64,000 bases of DNA from Haliotis cracherodii. Lineage: Eukaryota. This document shows, in pieces, positions 63,736 to 64,000 of the stretch (positions are counted from its first letter, which is position 1; each line of letters begins with the position of its first letter). Made by a program: the position numbers and the translations under genes. The stretch spans positions 1,798,001 to 1,862,000 of the forward strand of contig NW_027266297.1 in the NCBI RefSeq assembly GCF_022045235.1, given 5' to 3'. The notes below the pieces were generated by a model. The model was given only the letters and a program-made list of their open reading frames with translations, was not told the origin of the DNA and did not search any database.

Positions 63736-64000
63736 ACCTCTCATAGGCATTTCGATGTCTCTACATCAATGGACTGCAATTTTGTCTTCTTCACACACGT
63801 TTCGGGATATTCTACGTTCTAATCAGCAGCTGCCTATATTCTACGGCTGTCTGTAATGTTGATTAAAAGATAGATAGAAGGTGAAACCACTTTCTTTTGG
63901 TGAGTCCTCTTTACATGGCACGGGGAGTATGGTGAGGAGAAGGTAATTACGAGTGACCTTTGGATCAGCATACTTATTGGCTTGCGATTATAGTAAAATA

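Overview
Animal (not prokaryotic) genomic DNA; the repeat families point to a mollusc, probably a gastropod such as abalone (inference). The core is a cluster of multi-exon genes for type I membrane receptors built from signal peptide, F-type (fucose-binding) lectin domain(s), MEGF10/Draper-like EGF repeats and a TM helix. Gene 1 (2525?-24758, +) has 2 lectin domains, 5 EGFs and a long tail with tandem DYAAL and YENV tyrosine motifs. Gene 2 (42894-52474, +) has 1 lectin domain, 2 EGFs, a short tyrosine-free tail and a perfect NF-kB site upstream. An inverted decayed third paralog lies between them. A disrupted fucosyltransferase-like gene (-) converges on gene 2, and the first exon of another secreted or membrane protein gene sits at the window end. 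Mobile DNA includes a young Ngaro/DIRS-type tyrosine-recombinase retrotransposon (intact gag, RT-RNaseH and YR, with a predicted gag-to-YR splice) nested in a dead L1/Tx1 LINE. There is also a Penelope-type insertion with two inverted hammerhead ribozymes, other LINE, Penelope and Tc1 relics, two SINE-like families, a Helentron-type MITE and several minisatellites. All calls were made by eye, with no database searches.
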